Source: Lama guanicoe
Taxonomy: Eukaryota
Direction: 5' to 3'
DNA length: 64,000 nucleotides
NCBI GenBank assembly: GCA_013239625.1
Contig: MU053304.1
Coordinates: forward strand, 992,001 to 1,056,000
Part shown: piece by piece, positions 39,431-51,100 of the stretch
How positions within the stretch are numbered: position 1 is the stretch's first letter
How the letters are laid out: each line of letters opens with the position of its first letter
The notes under the pieces: model-generated
What the model saw: only the letters and a program-made list of their open reading frames with translations
The model's database searches: none
What the model was told of the DNA's origin: nothing
Made by a program: the position numbers and the translations under genes

Positions 39431-40469
39431 TAAAATCCAGCTTTCAGATGAACGCTGGGATAATGCCCCCCACTAGCCTAGATATTGGGACTCCCTTCTA
39501 AGGAGAGTTAGAGAGGCTCTGGCTTGAATACATTGACACAATCTTTTCTGGTTGCATTTTACTGTATGCCTTCTTTATGGCTATCTGGTCTACCACGGGG
39601 AAGTGTACTCATTCTCTACACTTGAATTGTTTTTGGTTTTGCTTTAAGTTCTAAGAAAATTCCCGTTGAGCTGATGTGTAATAGGCCCCTGAGTAGTGAT
39701 ACTACTAATGTGCTACTAAAGTTAGATGCTGGAAGTGTCTTGAATAGGCCAAAAAGAAAGTAGAGTGAGAAAGAGCCTGTGTTTACGTTGCGGGAATTTC
39801 AGAGTTACGTAGAGAAAACAAGTAGTCTGGGTGAAAGCCACTTTCTTTCCTAAGAACATCGGAGCCATTGTCACACATGACCATGACAAGCACTCAGATC
39901 TGTTATCACATCAGGGAAACACAGAATGTAAAAAGTTAAGATCTTTTTACTGGGTCATCCCTAAAGAAGTAACAGGTAATCATTAGACAACTTACAGTGT
40001 GGGGTGGTTTGTATTGTCTTAAATAAGCTCAATAGTGGACTGTGAATTATTCTTTTCTTTGCCACTCAAAGCAGAAGCAGATTACCATTTCACAGAAAGG
40101 ATGAGTGAGTTAGGATGCCAACTCTTGGGGACAAACGAAATTACTGTCATATAGTAATCGGTAAGAACGATGAGGGGATTTCAAAAGATGAATTTGTTAC
40201 AAAACACAGTTGCATCAAGGGATGGCCCGTAGGTTTTTTTCACCTGCCTGTTCCACTTGTTTGATGTGACTGCTCGGAGGACTGTGTTAGGAGGGATTCC
40301 TGACTCAGGGAGAAAGAGGACAGTAATGGATTAGTAATGTCTCTGTTTTGATTTTTTGAGAGAGTGTGAATGGCAAGCATATCACATTTGCCGTCTTTGA
40401 ATTCCCATCACAAGCTCAGTTGGATGCTTGAAAAACTTAAAAAGGCATTAATTACAGTAAAGTTTATAA

Positions 40470-40980
40470 CAATAGCTAATATTTATTAAGCACTTTCAAT
40501 GAGCCAGGCAGTAATCTAAGTGCTTTGCATGTATTAACTCATTTAATCCGGACAACATTTCATTGGGGTAAATACTATTTTTTATCATCCCCATGTAACA
40601 AACAAGGAAATGAAGTTGCCTTCCTCAGGGATTTGCTCACCTTCTCTGGATGGTCTTTTCTGGTCATTGGATTTCAAATTTCACCCTGTCCCTGTCACTC
40701 CCAACCCCTCTTCACTGCTTTATTTTCTCCTCGGTACCTGTCACCACCTGACTATCTATATATGTTGGTATGTTTCCTTCCCATTAGGATGTAAGCTCCT
40801 TAGGGCAGGGATTTTAGTTTATTTTGCTTCCTGCTATATTTCTAGGAACTTTCCCAACAGGATTCACTGGCACTTAGCTGGTGCTCCGTAAGTACTTGTG
40901 GAGTGGGAGAATGAGGCTTAGAGGAGCTAAGCATTTTACCAGAGGTCGGACAGCTACTTAGTGGTGAAAGGTGGGTGTGG
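40470..40980. mobile_element. MIR fragment (minus) interrupted by an L2 3' end (plus, about 40650-40900)
   Basis: MIR: atttattaagcactt..gccaggc..taagtgctttgcatgtattaactcatttaatcc. L2: ggatgtaagctccttagggcagggatttt. Confidence 0.7.
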
Positions 40981-42087
40981 CGGAGATCTCATGGTTGTCA
41001 TCTGTCAGGAAGTTGAAAAGGATGCCAAAAAAAAAAAGCCCCCAAAACTACAGAGAACCTGAGTTTTACAGATTTTGAGAGTAAAGTAGAAAGGGAGCAG
41101 TTAGTCTTCAAGCCAAAGGGGCTTCCAAGTGGAGACTGGAGGGGCACCCTGGGTGTGAGGAGCCTGCTGGGATGGAGATGAAAAAACAAAGCCTACCTCC
41201 CAGAGGGGCACCAGGGCCATTCCAGGGTCCAGGCTGGCCACAGCTGCACCCCTCCCTCCAAGCATTTTTTTGTCTCTAGAACAAATTGTTTGGGAGACGT
41301 TGCCAGAGCACAGAAATTACTAAGAGGCCTCTACCAATGATTTGAAAAGAAGGGAAGACTGTTGTCTGAAAGCTGTTTTAAAATCAGCAGATAATGGACC
41401 ATCAGAGAGTTAAGCTGAGCCCCCTTGAGAGGACAGAACGGCTCCTGGGCCACGTCACTGGGGAAACACTGAAAAAGGACTATTAAGGATGAGGTGTTGG
41501 CAGTGCTGCCTATGCTCTGTCAGGGATGGGGCTGCGGGGTGGGGGAGACCAAGCCTGAGGACGCACACAGCCAACCTGATGCGAGGGGCAGCTGCTGTGG
41601 ACGTGATGGTGGGGCTGTGTAGCTGCGGCCGTGAAGCATTCAAGTCACAGAGCTTGCTCAGAAGCCTTCTGATTATGATTTGGTTTCCTGGGTATCTTGA
41701 TTCAAGAGTTATCTCTATTAATCAGAAGCTAGCAGCCCGCAGCCTTGGGACCTGTGGTTCTCAGAATGAGCATGGCTAATGTGAGTGCACTCCATGAGAC
41801 CCACCTGACAGATCTCCCAGACCAAGGACCCGCCCTGGGAATTCCCCGGGGGCAGGTGGTTCCAGGAGACCTGGGGGACTGCCAGCCCTCTCTTCTGGTC
41901 ATTGCAGATTCACACTTTCCACACTTGTGGTCTTTGACAAGACCTACACTGGGCATATGCATCCTGGATGTTTCCAGCCTTTATGCTCCTGGCTGATCCT
42001 GCTTCTTAATTCCCTCATTATAACCCCAGGGACCAGGGACTGGCAGACTTTTACCAAGTTCTCTTCTCCTGATAATGTCTGGGAAGC

Positions 42088-42594
42088 TGTATTACTTCCC
42101 TGTGGCCGCTGTAACAAACGACTATGTATTGAATGACTTAAAAGAACACATACTTATTATCTCACAGTTCTATAGGTTAGAAGTCCAGCACAGGTCTCAC
42201 TGGAATAAAATTAAGATGTGACAGGCCTGCATTCCTTCTGGAAGTTCCAGGACAGAACCTATTTCCTTGCCTTTTCCAGCTTCCTGAAGTTGCTCTGCTC
42301 TCAGTCCTTGGCTCATAGCATCTTCCTTCATCTTCAAAGCAGTGTGTTGGGTTCTTCTCCCATCGTATCCTTCTGACTTACTCTTCTGTGTCCTTCTTCT
42401 ACTTTTAAGACTCCGGTGATTGCATTGGGCCCACCTGGAAAATCTAAGATAATCTCCCAATTTTTAGGGCAACTGATTAGCAACCTTAATTCCATCTGTA
42501 ACCTTAATTCCCCTTGCCATGTACCTTAACATTCACAGGTTCTGGGAATTAGTATGTGGACATTATTGGGGGAGCAATTATCCTGCCTGCTCCA
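42088..42594 (-). mobile_element. MLT1D MaLR LTR
   Basis: tgtattacttccctgtggccgctgtaacaaa..ttattatctcacagttct..taacattcacaggttctggg. Near-TSD gaagc/gaagg. Confidence 0.9.
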
Positions 42595-44378
42595 GAAGGC
42601 CTGAGGAAGGCTCCAGGACCCACAAAACCTTCCTGGTTGCTGCTGATCGGCAGCATCTTAGCCAGCATCTCTCTTTCCTCACCTCTGGCCACCTCAGAAC
42701 TAGCTTCCCTGGGGTCCCCATTCTGCCTGAGCCACTGCACCCCAAGTGTGGGCCTAGGCATCACCCTAATTCCCCAAAGCCCAGCTCAAACAGGATGAAA
42801 AAAATCACTGTAACAACTGGCACCAGAAATCCTCTTAGCCAAGGAAACATCTTGAGATCTGTTAGGGCAGAAGGTGAGACTTAAAGGTATAGGAGTTGGC
42901 ATGAACCTGGGCCACAACTCAGAGACTTCAGGTGCTCTGTGGGAGGTAAAGTGGAGAGAGAGACAGGTCAGGAAAGCAGTAGGGTGAGAGGAGCCTGCCA
43001 GGAAGAGGCTGGGGTCCGAGTGGGGGCAAGCCTGAGGCAGTTCCCTGGGGACAGGGCTGCTGTGGGCCAGTTTGGCTGTAGATAAGCTGAAGGTTGTGTT
43101 TCTGTGACATGAATCCTCTTGTCTCCCTGCAGCCCCTCAGTTAAAAATATTCCCAGAACACTCATGACTGCCTGTGCACAGGGGTCTTGCTGGAACTCTG
43201 GGAAGAGGCTGACAGCATGGTGGCCAGAGGATGCCATGGGGACATCAGCCAGCCTTGCCCTGGGAGCTGGGAGAAAACTTGGGAGGGCTTTGAATCTCCT
43301 CAATCAATGAAATAGGACATCCCAGGGAGGGCTTTGTCCTTCTCCCGCCCCTTGAGGTCCAAGTGAGCCAATCTCGTCTAGAGCTCAGGGGGTGGTAAGA
43401 CTGCAGCTGTCTTCTGGATCTCACAGCTAAGCCCAGGCCGTTCCTTTTAATCACATGTTACCAAAGCCTTGGGGATAACAGGCGAGCACGCCAACATGGA
43501 GAACACTTAAAGTGGTCACCCGGTTTGACAGCTCCCGGCACCCAAGTGGTGCCTCCTCCAGGCTCCCCGCTCTCTGCAGGTCGCTTCCTTCATCTTTAAA
43601 GCCAGCCTGCTGTCCTACTGCCTTCTGGAAGATTTGCCTTTGACCATGTCATTTCTCCCTGAAGTCCAGTAACCCCCTTCCTCCCCAGTTTAATCTTCTC
43701 TGGGCTGAGACAAAAGTGGAAAAAAATTCCTTTTTACTCTCAATTCTCAGGATCTCTGGCAACTTCAACTTGCAAGTGGCACAAAGTAGACCTGATAGAC
43801 ATCTACATTCCTCTGGCTCAAAGGGTAGTCTATTTTTAAGACTCTTGATCGGTTTGCCAAATTGTATTCTAGAAACTACATGATATCTTTTTTCCCTAGA
43901 CTTCAGCCAACACTAAGAATTGTCATTTAAGAAATCTCTGCCAATTTGATAGGGAAAAAAACCTTCATTTTCATTTTCAGTTCTTTGATTACGTGTGAAG
44001 ATGTGTTTTAAAAATATGCATACTACTCTTTTGAATAGGATGAGTAATAACGAAAAGCTGATCTCAAATGTCACTAAGTCTCTATTTAGATATAAGAAAA
44101 AATTTCAGTTCATACAAAGAAGGGAAGGTGTTGTTGTTTGTGCAACTTTTGTTATGAGCATTGAGGCTTGGGGAGGGGAAAGGAGAAAAACAGGAGAAAA
44201 GCTGGCAAAAGGGAAAAGGGAAGAGCAGAAGAAATAAAAGTGGGGAAGAAGAGCTGAAAATGAAAAAATGTAGAATTTCTTTGCATGTTGTCCCAGGTCG
44301 CTTGCCGGGGACTTATCGGTGGTGGTCGAGACTGGCCCCACTCAGCTACCCCTGCACACTGAACATCACGTACAGACC

Positions 44379-44836
44379 CACGGTTCTCAAGCTATGAGAC
44401 CTCAGGACCCCTTTACACTATTAAAAAATTATTAATGACCTCCTCCAAAGCGTTTATTTAAATAGATAATACCTATCAGTATTTTTGATATTAGAAATTA
44501 CGACAGTAAGATTTAAAATATTTACACATTTTTATGAAAAATGATTTTATTTTCCAAAACAAAAAAACTAGCGACAGGCATTATTTTTACAGTTTCTCAA
44601 ACCTCTCTGATGGCTGGCCTTTCCCTTCTGCTTCCTCCTCAGTCTGTTATGGCACCACTCATCACGTAGCCTCTGGAAGACTCCACAGCACACTCACGAG
44701 AGGAAGTGTGTGTGGAAAAAGCTAGTAAAGTCTTAGTATTATCATGAAAATAGTTTTGACTTTGTGGGTTTCCTAAAAGTGTCCCAGGACCCACTGCTAC
44801 CCCAGGGGTGCCTGGACCACATTCTGAGAACCACTG
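44379..44836. mobile_element. hAT-Charlie-type DNA transposon remnant
   Basis: Inverted termini cacggttctcaa / tgagaaccactg and internal ctcaggacccctttacactattaaaaaattatt. Confidence 0.75.
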
Positions 44837-45088
44837 ATCCAGGCAAGGGGGATTGACTTGACCCCTCTTCCTCTTCTCCAGGAGGGGATATCTAAAAATA
44901 TGTATAAAGGGTCATAAAAACATTAATGACCTTTGACATCATGATTCCCCTATTGGGGATATATATTTAAGGCAATAACCGCCAAAGAAGGAAAAACTGC
45001 CTAAATGATCTACAATTGAAGAATGGTTAAATAAATGCTGGTATACCCACTTAATAGAATATTTAGTGGTTTAAAAATTATAATTATG

Positions 45089-48000
45089 GGGCAAGTGGCC
45101 AAGTGGGTGGAGATGGTGGAGTAAGAAGAGCCTGAGCTCGCCTCCTCGCACAGGCACGCCAAAGTTACAGCTGTTTACACAGCAAACAGCAATGAGAGTG
45201 ACCTGAAGACTAACGGAGAAAAATTTCCACAACTAAAGACATAAAGAAGGAACCACAAAGAGACGGGTAGGAGGGGCAGAGACACAGTCTAGTCAAGACC
45301 CACACCCCCAGCTAGGTGACTGACCCACAAGTGGGAGGATAATTACAATTGAAAAAGTTCTCCTCAAGGAACAAGGCATCCAAGCCCCACATCAGGCTCC
45401 CCAGCCCAGGGATTTTGAATTGGGAAGATGAGCCCTAGAATGTCTGGCTTTGAAGGCCAGCAGCACTTGCGTACAGGGGAGCTGGGAAGCTGTGGACTCT
45501 GCTCTTAACGGCTGCACACAGAATCTCACACCCTCTGAGACCCAGCAGAGGCCATAGTTTGAAAGGAGCCTGGATCACAGGCCCTTGTTGACCTTGGAGG
45601 CAAAAGGCAACTGGGCTCCCCTTAGGGACATAGATGCTGGCAGTGGCTATGTGGGGGAGGTCAGTCTACCATGAGGACAATGGTGCTGGCAAGGGCCACT
45701 GAGGAGCCCTCCCTCTAGGCTATTAGCCCTGGTGACTTACCTGCCACCCAGCCAGTTGGCACCACTCTTGGGACTCCCCCAGTCCTGTCAGCCAGCAGCT
45801 TGGGGGTTCAGCCTTGCCCACCAGCAGGGCAACACTAGCTGTGGGCCTCCCTAAGCCCCCTAGCCAGCTGCCCTGGGACCTGGCTCCACCCACCAGCAGG
45901 CCAGCACCAGACCTGGGATCTCCCAGGCCCCACAGTTAGCTGCACCGGGGCCTGGCCCAGCCCACCAGCAGCTGGTAGCCCTCTTCATGAAGCAGGGCCT
46001 GGCAGCCAGCTGCGCTGGGGGTCAGTCCCCCCACCAGCAGGCCCACGGTAGTCAGCCCTGCTACAACAGAAGTGTCCACACAGCCCACATAAGGGGAACC
46101 CCCAGAGCACACAGCTCTGCTGACAAGAAGGGAGTATGTTGCTAGACCCTATAGGATGACTCCTACAAAAGGCCACTTCTCAAAAATTGGGAAACATAAC
46201 CAACCAACCTAATACATAGAAATAAAAACAGAGAATTAGACAAAATGAGGTGACAGAGGAATATGTTTCAAATGAAGGAAAGCTGAAACCCCAGAAGAAC
46301 TGAGAAATGAAGACAAACAAGCTACCCAATAAAAAAATTAAGGTAGTGATCATAAAGCTGCTGAATGAATTCAGGAGAAAAATGGATGAACATAGTGACA
46401 AGTTTAACAAAGAGAAAAGACAGAGAAGAACCAAACAGAGCTGAAAACAAAAACTGAAATAAAAAATACACTAGAAGGAATCAACAGTAGATTAGATGAC
46501 ACTTAAGAATGGATCCGCGAACTGGAAGACAGAGTCTTGAAAATCACCCAAGCTGAACAGAAAAAAGAAAAAAGTATTTTAAAAAATGAGGACAGTTTAA
46601 GAGACCTCTACGACAACATCAAGCATACTAACATTCACATTTTAGGGATCCCAGAAGGAGAAGAGAGTAAGAAAAGGGCATAAGAAGACATAATAGCTGA
46701 AAACTTTGCTAATCTGGGGAAAGAAACAGATAAATCCAGGCCCCAAGCGAGATGAACCCAGAGATCCACACCAGGACACATTGTACTTAAAATGACAAAA
46801 ATTAAAGCTGAAGAAAGAATCTTAAAAGCAGTAAGAAAAAAACAGCAATGTTACACACAAGGGAAGGAACGCTCAAGAGACCATCAGCTGACTTCAGTGG
46901 AAACTTTGCCGGCCAGAAGGGAGTGGCATGGTATCTTTAAAGTGATGAAAAGATAAAACCTACAACCTGAAATACCCTACCTGGCAAAGCTATCACCCAG
47001 ATTTGAAGGAGCAATAAATAGTTGTATATTGTTTTGTTTTGTTTTTGAGAGAAAGAGTTTCACAGAGAAGCAAAAGCAAAGAGAGTTCAGCACCCCTACA
47101 GAAGCTGTACAAGAAATATTAAAGGGATTTCTCTAAGTGGAAAAGAAAAGATCACAACTAGAAATATGAAAATCATGAAAGGAAAAATCTCACTGGTAAA
47201 GGCAAATATACAGTAAAGGTAGCAGATCAACCACTTGTAAAACTAGTAGGAAGGTTAAAAACGAAAGTAGTAAGATCATCTGCATCCACTAAGGATATAG
47301 TGGGTATAACTAAAGGATGTGCAAAAGAAAAAGATGTAAAATACAATGTCAAAAACATTAAATGTGGTGGGAGGGGAATAAAAATTCAAGGTTGTTAGAA
47401 TGTGTTCAAACTTAAGAAATCATCAAGTTAAAATAATCATGTCTATATACATATGTATTTAGGTTGCAATATATAAAGCTCATCTATACTAGATGCACAT
47501 GCAAAAAAGAGAAAGGAATCTAAACATAACACTACAGATAGTCATCAGATCACAACAGAAGAGAGTGAAAGAAGGAAACAGAAAAGAACTACAAAACTCT
47601 GAAAACTATTAACAAAATGGCAGTAAGAACATACCTTGTTAATAATTATTTTAAATACAAATAGACTAAATGCTCCAATCGAGAGACATAGAGTTTTCCT
47701 TAAAAAACTAAAAATAGAGTCACCGTATGATTCAGCAATCCCACCCCTGGGCATGTATCTGGAGAAAACACTAATTCGAAAAGAGACATGCACCCCAGTG
47801 TTCACGGCTGCACTATTTACAACAGCCAACACACGGAGACCACATGGATGGACAAGGAGGGTATTATGCTAAGTGAAGTAAGTCAAAGTCAAATACCGTG
47901 TGATTTCGCCTACATGTGGACTCTAAAACACAAAACAAGTGATAGAACACAACAAAACAGGAACAGATTCATAGATAACAGAGAAAAAACAAGTCGTTGC

Positions 48001-48146
48001 CAGAGGGGAGGGGGCGGGGGGATAAGTGAAATAGGTGAGGAAGACTGGCAGTGTATGCTTCCAGTGAGAAAATAAATGGGTCGTGAGAATGGAATGTACA
48101 GCAGGGGAAATATAGTCAGTAAGACTGCTAAATAGATAAAAACATA
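45089..48146 (+). mobile_element. L1 with 5' UTR, decayed ORF1 and nearly all of ORF2 deleted
   Basis: 5' UTR start (gagatggtggagtaagaagagcctgagctcgcctcc) and ORF1 remnants (about 46240-47140). The ORF2 N-terminus NRLNAPIERHR is joined to the ORF2 C-terminus FLKKLKIESPYDSAIPPLG at about 47692, then 3' UTR. Flanking repeat tataattatg at 45079-45088 and 48147-48156. Confidence 0.85.
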
Positions 48147-51100
48147 TATAATTATGAAGACTGTGTACCAGCATGGAAAGAAGATACATGGCCCTGAGAG
48201 AAAAAGGAAAACAACGAAGCAGACTCTTCACTGTGTCTGCCAGTCTCAGAAGACTAACCTCAGAGGGTGCACGGGAAAGTCAGTTCTTTCTGATGTACAG
48301 GTGCAGGATTATCAAAGCGTTTACTCTGTTCTTTTGGGGGGTTTTGTCCATGTTTATTTTAATGTTTGTTCAGTTTTTTTGGCAATAAGCCAAAATAAAT
48401 TCTCTCTAATCTGTCCTGCTCCCCCGAGGTCAGTGCAGTCAGGCAGGAGCAGAGGGGAGAGGCACCTCGGGGCTGGAGTTGGGGAAGAAGGAGGGGGCAG
48501 CGTGGAAGGAGGGGAGCCAGTCAGGGACGGATGCTTAGTGCTTCAGCTCATTCCGTGGTGCCCTTTCAGTGGTGACGTGACAAGCCTCTGGTTAAGCAGC
48601 TGTTATCAAAGGCTTTCCTGGAGGTGACAGCAGACCACGTGGCGGGGGTGGGGGGCTGTGCTTCCCTTCACAAAGGGAAGGAAGAAGCTGCAGAGCCCCA
48701 GACATCTTGGAGAGAACCAGGTCCAGGGGGCCACACCATGTTTAAAGGAGCTGGGTGAGGGCAGCTGGAAGGCCCCCAATGCTGGGTAGCTCTTGGCCTG
48801 GAAGGAGCACAGACTACAGGACTGGGTGGGTAGTTTAGCGGACAGTCCCTGGGCTGGAGAGCCGGGACGCAGAGGACCACCTGGTCAGGACCAGGGCCAA
48901 GTCTGTGTTTAGGAAGCCCTCACTGGTAGCTGCGTGCAGGCTGCGACGGGTGGGGAGACTGGTTGATGCTGAACACAGTGGTACTTAAAAGACAGCAAGC
49001 ACTGAAGTCATCAAGTCCAGCAACAGACTCAGTGCTAGTGGGTAAGGGGTTCTAATCCCCCGAGCTGAAAATACAACCAAATCCCTAATCACACCTTGCA
49101 GTGAAACGCAGCCGTCTGTGACTGGGCACGAGCTCTCTGATTGCGCTCTAGCCCTTTGTATGGGAGCAGGTGTGGCCGGCTTACAAGCCAGTTGCAGCTG
49201 ACCGAGGCTTGGGTTGGCTGCTTCAGCACACCTCACGATTTGCGTCTTCATCTGGCCTGTATCAGGGTCATTTCCTATCACTAGAGTCAGCACTTTCATT
49301 TTTCCATTTTCCATTCACAGTCGTAAACAGTAAGGACTAACCTCAGTGGAAGCCCTGTGACCAGCACAACTCGGGCGATATGGACCGAGAGGCAGATGCG
49401 GACAGCTGTGGGCCGCCAGGCTGGCGCTCCGGGTGGCAGTTCAAAGTGTTGATTTGGCGGCCAATGGATCTCTCTGGATTGTGGCCATGGGTGATGGGGC
49501 TCTTAGAAAATTGAAGACACCAAAGTCAAACATGGGAAAATTGCCAGTGGGTTAAGTGGACTGAAGTTCAGCATGAACCTTGGATAATTTTTATTTACTT
49601 TTGGGGGTTCACTAGAATATGATGTGACTAACATGTTCTGACTTCCAATTTGGGGGAGTGTCTCAAAGACTCGGTAGAGACCTAAAGAACCACGCTGGGC
49701 AGCCACCTGCCATGGCCCTGATAGGCCCAGAGGTCCCCAAGGGTCCGATGGGCCAGTCCTGCTTGCTCCTGTCTTCATCAGAGCAGAAACTTGGCCCCCG
49801 CTGCAGCCTGGGCCGAGTGTGGGCTGCAGCAGGAACTCGTTCTGCCCCCTGGGGACCCCTTGCCCGCTGCCACAATTATCAACTTCCGCCAACCTTCTCA
49901 CGTGGATTTCTCCCCCACACCCACTCCTGCTGACCGCAGCACATCTCAGCCTAACACTTCAAGGTGCAGCTCTTCAGTTGAGGACACTCTTTAATGCAAC
50001 CACCGCTCAGTGTCATAGCTAAAAAAATTAAAATTCAGTCTTTAATGACACCTACCACCCAATCGATACTCAGCTTTCTCCAACTGTCTCAAAAGTGTCT
50101 TTTCACAGCTGCTTTATTGGAATCAGGCCAGGACTCAAATGAGGGCATGCATTGCATTCTGTAAGTCACCCCTCCTTTCCTTTTTTTTTCTGTCTCTTTT
50201 CGTGTCATTGTTTTGTTGAGGAAACTGAAATGTGTCTGGGAGGTACATCCTTCAAGTCCAGCAAGTAAGTGAAATCCTCTGCCTGGCACCCCTCCTCAAA
50301 CTAAACTTCGTACAGAAGGCAGCTACCTCCTGGAACTCACCTACTCTCTTTCAGTGTCTTTCCTTCTTTCTCAAATCCCAACCACCACATCCTCCTTCCC
50401 CCCAGGCGGGTCTGTAAGGGCTTCCCTCTCCAAGCCCTGCTGTCCCTTTGCACAGCTCATCTGAACCTCCCGGTCTTCTTTAGGGTTCTCTCTGCTTTGT
50501 CCCTGGCTGGGGTTTGTTACCACAAAGGAGAGCTCGAGCTCGAGGCCTGGGCCGGCAGGCTCACACCCTTGCCCTTGGAGGCTGGGCTCGGGGCAGGAAT
50601 GAAGTTCCAGCAGCACAGAGAGAACAACACAGTGGGAACACCTGCTCCCGTTGCACGGGGCGGATCTGGGGGCCTCGTCATGTGTGCAGACATCTGCCTT
50701 CTTCACCAGGCAGTGAGTGCCTGTCGTGGGGACGTGTCTGACTTCACCGCCACGTCTGCAGGGCGGGGCCAGCACAGTGCTGGTCACTTGCAGGACATCG
50801 GGAAGGATTCTTTGTGAGCAGGGGCAGTGGTCCTGCTATGTCGTCTTTGGGACACTGGCTTGTGTCTGGGGAGTCATGATAACGAGATAAAGAGCCCCAT
50901 GGAAAAAAAAAAGAGCCCCATGTGCACTTGTGACAGAGCTTTCAGTTGTGTCCTTCCCACTCCTGAGAGTGCCTCAGGCCCCAGCTAAAGCCGAACATCA
51001 CGCTTGACGTCGGTGCTGAGCCACTCTCGGGGGCTCCCACACGCACGGCACTCGAGTTTTCACTCTGAGAATCTGTTCTCGTGCCGTGTCACAGTCATCT

